Below, piece after piece: positions 60,679-64,000 of a stretch of DNA of 64,000 nt. Source of the stretch: Microcoleus sp. (GTDB lineage Bacteria > Cyanobacteriota > Cyanobacteriia > Cyanobacteriales > Microcoleaceae); contig JAYFMW010000017.1 of NCBI GenBank assembly GCA_042408215.1, positions 416,001-480,000 on the forward strand. Direction: 5' to 3'. Under the pieces are notes generated by a model that worked only from the letters and a program-made list of their open reading frames with translations, ran no database searches and had not been told where the DNA came from. The position numbers were made by a program, and so were the translations under genes. Each line of letters opens with the position of its first letter. Position 1 is the stretch's first letter.

Positions 60679-60903
60679 CATTAGTGTCAACTTAAGGTCA
60701 AAACCCTCTGTATATCTCGCTTGTAGCCGAGTCTCGATCCCCCTAAATCCCCCTTAAGAAGGGGGACTTTGAGTGCTCTTCCCCCTTTTTAAGGGAGTAG
60801 GGTGTGAGTAGGGGTTGAAGGGGGCAAGAATGCGGGGGGATCGAGAGGATTGTGACTCAGACAGAATATCGATCCTACGTTTAACCTTAAGTTGACGCCA
60901 ATG
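60679..60903 (+). mobile_element. MITE type B with 5-bp target duplication, inserted into a REP loop
   Basis: cattagtgtcaacttaagg / ccttaagttgacgccaatg; CACTG at 60674-60678 and 60904-60908. Confidence 0.88.
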
Positions 60904-61327
60904 CACTGCCCACCTTACTGCTTTAATGTACAGAATTACAAATGTTGCCATGCTTCATCCTCCTGGGAGATCAACCAGTATTTTTGCAGGGAAGATTCAC
61001 TTAGGATGCTATTTTCTAGCTGGTATTTTTGATATTTAGTTTTGAAAAATAGCAGAAAAACCCCAACCTATTATAACATAAATTATGGAATATTTTCCAT
61101 TGATTGAAGGAGTAGTTATTTAGCACTCATTCCATTTACCTCTCATAATAATCAAGAGAGTAATTAATCGAAAATAATCTCTATCATATCAAATTTTTGG
61201 GTATCGAAATTACTCATCTCTCTCTTCTCTTCCTCTGCGCTCTCTGCGGTCTCTGCGGTTAAATCATTCCGAAAAAACCGTAAACGATATCGCTTACAAT
61301 CCTAGGAGGAAATTAGGCAAGAAAACT

Positions 61328-61795
61328 ATGAATAGGTTTGTAGTGAGGACTTTATTCCTCAGCGTTAGTTTAGCCCTCGCAGCCAGCGGAATGTCACCAA
61401 CAACCGCAGCAGTTGTGCCTGCTCCGATGATTGGTAAATCAATAGCACAAACCACTGAAAATAGCAAGCTAAAACCTCTAACCGAACAGGAAATTTCCCA
61501 GCGCTTGCAAGGTTTACCGAACTGGACTAGAGAGGGTAAAACTATTAAATACACCCACGACTTTAAAAATTTTGTGCAGGCTGTCAGTTTTGTAAATTGC
61601 CTGATTTCACCGTCAGAAAAAGCCGGCCACCATCCCGATATTTTTATTGCTTACAACCGCGTTACAATTAGTCTCACAACCCACGATGCAGGAGGCTTGA
61701 CAAAACCAGACTTCGAGCTAGCCGAGACTATCTCTAAAGTAGTGAGCGAGTGGATGCCGGGAAATGTTTGTTTAGTAGTGGAAGGTTCTGGATGA
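61328..61795 (+). CDS. pterin-4a-carbinolamine dehydratase family protein with N-terminal signal peptide
   Basis: FKNFVQAVSFVN, GHHPDI, LTTHDAGGLT..D..LA. Confidence 0.85.
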   Translation: MNRFVVRTLFLSVSLALAASGMSPTTAAVVPAPMIGKSIAQTTENSKLKPLTEQEISQRLQGLPNWTREGKTIKYTHDFKNFVQAVSFVNCLISPSEKAGHHPDIFIAYNRVTISLTTHDAGGLTKPDFELAETISKVVSEWMPGNVCLVVEGSG

Positions 61796-64000
61796 TAAAT
61801 TTACTGCACCAAACTGCCAAATGTCAAGTTAAAAGACTGTTTTTAGTTTTATCAGTTTGCTTTTTCCTTGGGCCAACTGCTGCTTTTGGGCAATCCATTA
61901 CTCCCGCAACTGACGGCACCGGCACTGTCGTCACCCCTCAAGGAAATCGCATTGATATTAGCGGTGGAAAACTGTCGAGAGATGGGGCTAATCTTTTCCA
62001 CAGTTTTCAGCAATTCGGATTGAGTGAAACTCAAACTGCTAACTTTCTATCTAATCCTGCTATTCAAAATATTTTAGCACGAATAGTCGGGGGAAATGCT
62101 TCAGTAATTAATGGCTTGATTCAAGTGACGGGCGGGAATTCCAATTTATTTTTAATGAATCCTGCGGGGATTGTTTTTGGCGCTAATGCTCAGCTAAACG
62201 TGCCTGCATCCTTTACTGCGACTACTGCGAATAGTATTGGTTTTGGTGATTATTCGTTTAAGGCGATCGGCTATAATAATTATACCACTTTGCTAGGAAC
62301 GCCAAGCAATTTTAATTTTTCGGCAATTGAGTCGGCAAGTATTGTTAATCGCGGAAATTTGGCAGTGAATCCGGGGGAAAGTTTAACTTTACTCGGCGGA
62401 AATGTCACAAATACAGGTAAAGTATCGGCACCAGGAGGTCAAATTAACATTGTTTCTGTACCGGGGGCAAGTTTTGTTCGCATCAGTCAACCGGGACATT
62501 TACTGAGTTTAGAAGTAAGTAGCGAGGCGTTGAATTCTCAGACTCAGGTTGAGAAAGGGGAGAATGGGAAATCGGCTGCGAGTCTGACTGAATTGCTGAC
62601 AGGTAGAGGTGACAAAGTTAATGCTACAGGCGTTGCTGTTAATAGTGACGGCACTGTGCAGTTAACTGATTCTACTATCAGAAATGTTCCCGGAATTGGT
62701 TTGCCAGAAAATAACCGCGAGGCCGTTAAATTTACTCTAGAATCGCCTAATATGGGGAATATAAATTTGCCTCCTAACGGTAGCAATGTGGGAATTGTAC
62801 CTGTTGGGGGCGATCGCATTTCTGTCAATCCCAACATCAATCCTTCTGGCAATTCCCTACCTGCAAGTTTGGCTGGCGGCGATACAATCGTTAAAATTGA
62901 GAATTTTCCGCCACCGGGAGCACATCCCCAAGTTGGTTTGTTTAATGATATTAACCCCGACTCTAATATTAATAGACAGATTAATCTTAACAGTCCGCCA
63001 CCGCCTCATCCTAATAATATGCAGTTATTTTCTGCTCCCGGAATTGCGGGTAATCCCCCGCAGCCAAAACCGGGAAATACCACTATGCTAGCTCCTGGGT
63101 CCAGGGGCAATATTCCGGGTAAAAATGTGGATATTCCCAGAGGGGGGGCGAACCCTCCGGGCAATCTTTCAGCTATTTCTAATATCAATTACTTATTGTC
63201 TGTCGAGCAAAACCGTGCCGATCGATATTCGGCTTATTTTGGCGAGAGTTTTACCAATCAACCAATGGTGACAGAAAATATCCGCGACACTTTGAGTAAA
63301 ATTGCCTCTCAAACAAAATCGCGATCGGCAATTATTTATGTGAACTTATTTTCGGATCGATTAGAACTTTTATTATTCACACCAGATGGTGCTGCGATTA
63401 GAAAGACAGTCCCTCAAGCCGATCGCACCAGCTTGCTCACATTAGCAAAAGAATTCAGACAAGAAATCTCCAATCCTCGGAAGCGGAACACCACCAGCTA
63501 CAAAGAGTCGGCTCAGAAACTTTACGATCGGCTAATTGCACCTTTAGAAGCTGATTTGCAGAGTCAAGACATCAATACGCTGCTTTTTTCACTAGATACA
63601 GGTTTGCGAAGTCTCCCTTTAGCAGCTCTTTACGACGGCAAAAAGTTCCTAGTAGAAAAATATTCGCTCGCTCAGATCCCAACTATTTCTCTCACAGATA
63701 CTCGCTATCAATCGCTCCAAAATGCCTCTGTTTTAGCAATGGGAGCAGCCGAATTTACTAAGCTATCTCCCCTACCTGCCGTACCCGTTGAACTAGCTAA
63801 TATTGTAGATTTGTGGCCGGGAAAATCTTTTTTAAACGAGCAATTTACCCTAAACAATCTTAAATCTCAACGCAATCAACGGCACGATCAAATTATTCAT
63901 TTAGCAACTCACAGTGAATTCCAGCCGGGAGCAGCAAGCGACTCTTATATTCAACTGTGGGACGCAAAGTTGCAATTAAATCAACTCAGGCAGTTAGGAT
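61792..64000 (+). CDS. filamentous-haemagglutinin N-terminal (TPS) domain + CHAT domain protein, 3' end outside the window
   Basis: Open from ATG 61792 to the window end; NLFHSFQQFG, NLFLMNPAGIVFG, P/N-rich linker, LRSLPLAALYDGKKFLVEKYS, IIHLATH. Absent from the ORF track because it has no stop in the window. Confidence 0.9.
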   Translation, partial: MINLLHQTAKCQVKRLFLVLSVCFFLGPTAAFGQSITPATDGTGTVVTPQGNRIDISGGKLSRDGANLFHSFQQFGLSETQTANFLSNPAIQNILARIVGGNASVINGLIQVTGGNSNLFLMNPAGIVFGANAQLNVPASFTATTANSIGFGDYSFKAIGYNNYTTLLGTPSNFNFSAIESASIVNRGNLAVNPGESLTLLGGNVTNTGKVSAPGGQINIVSVPGASFVRISQPGHLLSLEVSSEALNSQTQVEKGENGKSAASLTELLTGRGDKVNATGVAVNSDGTVQLTDSTIRNVPGIGLPENNREAVKFTLESPNMGNINLPPNGSNVGIVPVGGDRISVNPNINPSGNSLPASLAGGDTIVKIENFPPPGAHPQVGLFNDINPDSNINRQINLNSPPPPHPNNMQLFSAPGIAGNPPQPKPGNTTMLAPGSRGNIPGKNVDIPRGGANPPGNLSAISNINYLLSVEQNRADRYSAYFGESFTNQPMVTENIRDTLSKIASQTKSRSAIIYVNLFSDRLELLLFTPDGAAIRKTVPQADRTSLLTLAKEFRQEISNPRKRNTTSYKESAQKLYDRLIAPLEADLQSQDINTLLFSLDTGLRSLPLAALYDGKKFLVEKYSLAQIPTISLTDTRYQSLQNASVLAMGAAEFTKLSPLPAVPVELANIVDLWPGKSFLNEQFTLNNLKSQRNQRHDQIIHLATHSEFQPGAASDSYIQLWDAKLQLNQLRQLG

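Noticed and set aside
1..64000. Reverse transcriptase, DGR/retron, integrase, tRNA or rRNA genes
   Set aside because: No such motifs recognised by eye; a covariance/HMM scan would be needed to exclude small RNAs

Overview
64 kb of a filamentous cyanobacterial chromosome. Dense HIP1 (GCGATCGC), STRR-type heptamer tracts and a fraC-fraD-fraE operon are consistent with an Oscillatoriales organism such as Microcoleus/Tychonema (inference). Core genes include yebC, sbcC, ribD, larE, cobO, gyrA, a LOV/PAS histidine kinase, two class III adenylate cyclases, a split photolyase, a Wza-like exporter and ABC transporters. Interspersed with these are small accessory genes (three Uma2 genes and several toxin-antitoxin modules, most with a broken or missing toxin), two related tnpB-only IS200/IS605 elements, one orphan tnpB 3'-end remnant, and many nested miniature repeats. 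The most notable observations are: (1) a tnpB element inserted into a REP-like hairpin, so its predicted TAM and guide come from a dispersed repeat family with an empty sibling in this window; (2) one GC-rich double-hairpin core carried by several different terminal-inverted-repeat wrappers with different target duplications, and also translated in-frame inside two proteins; (3) a 6 kb cassette island splitting an ABC transporter pair, containing an antitoxin chimera, two glycine-rich membrane proteins and a divergent HTH-NB-ARC gene; (4) a two-gene, domain-inverted photolyase with a putative Fe-S motif, divergent from ribD. No CRISPR array, rRNA or tRNA was recognised. All family assignments come from motif recognition by eye, not from database searches.
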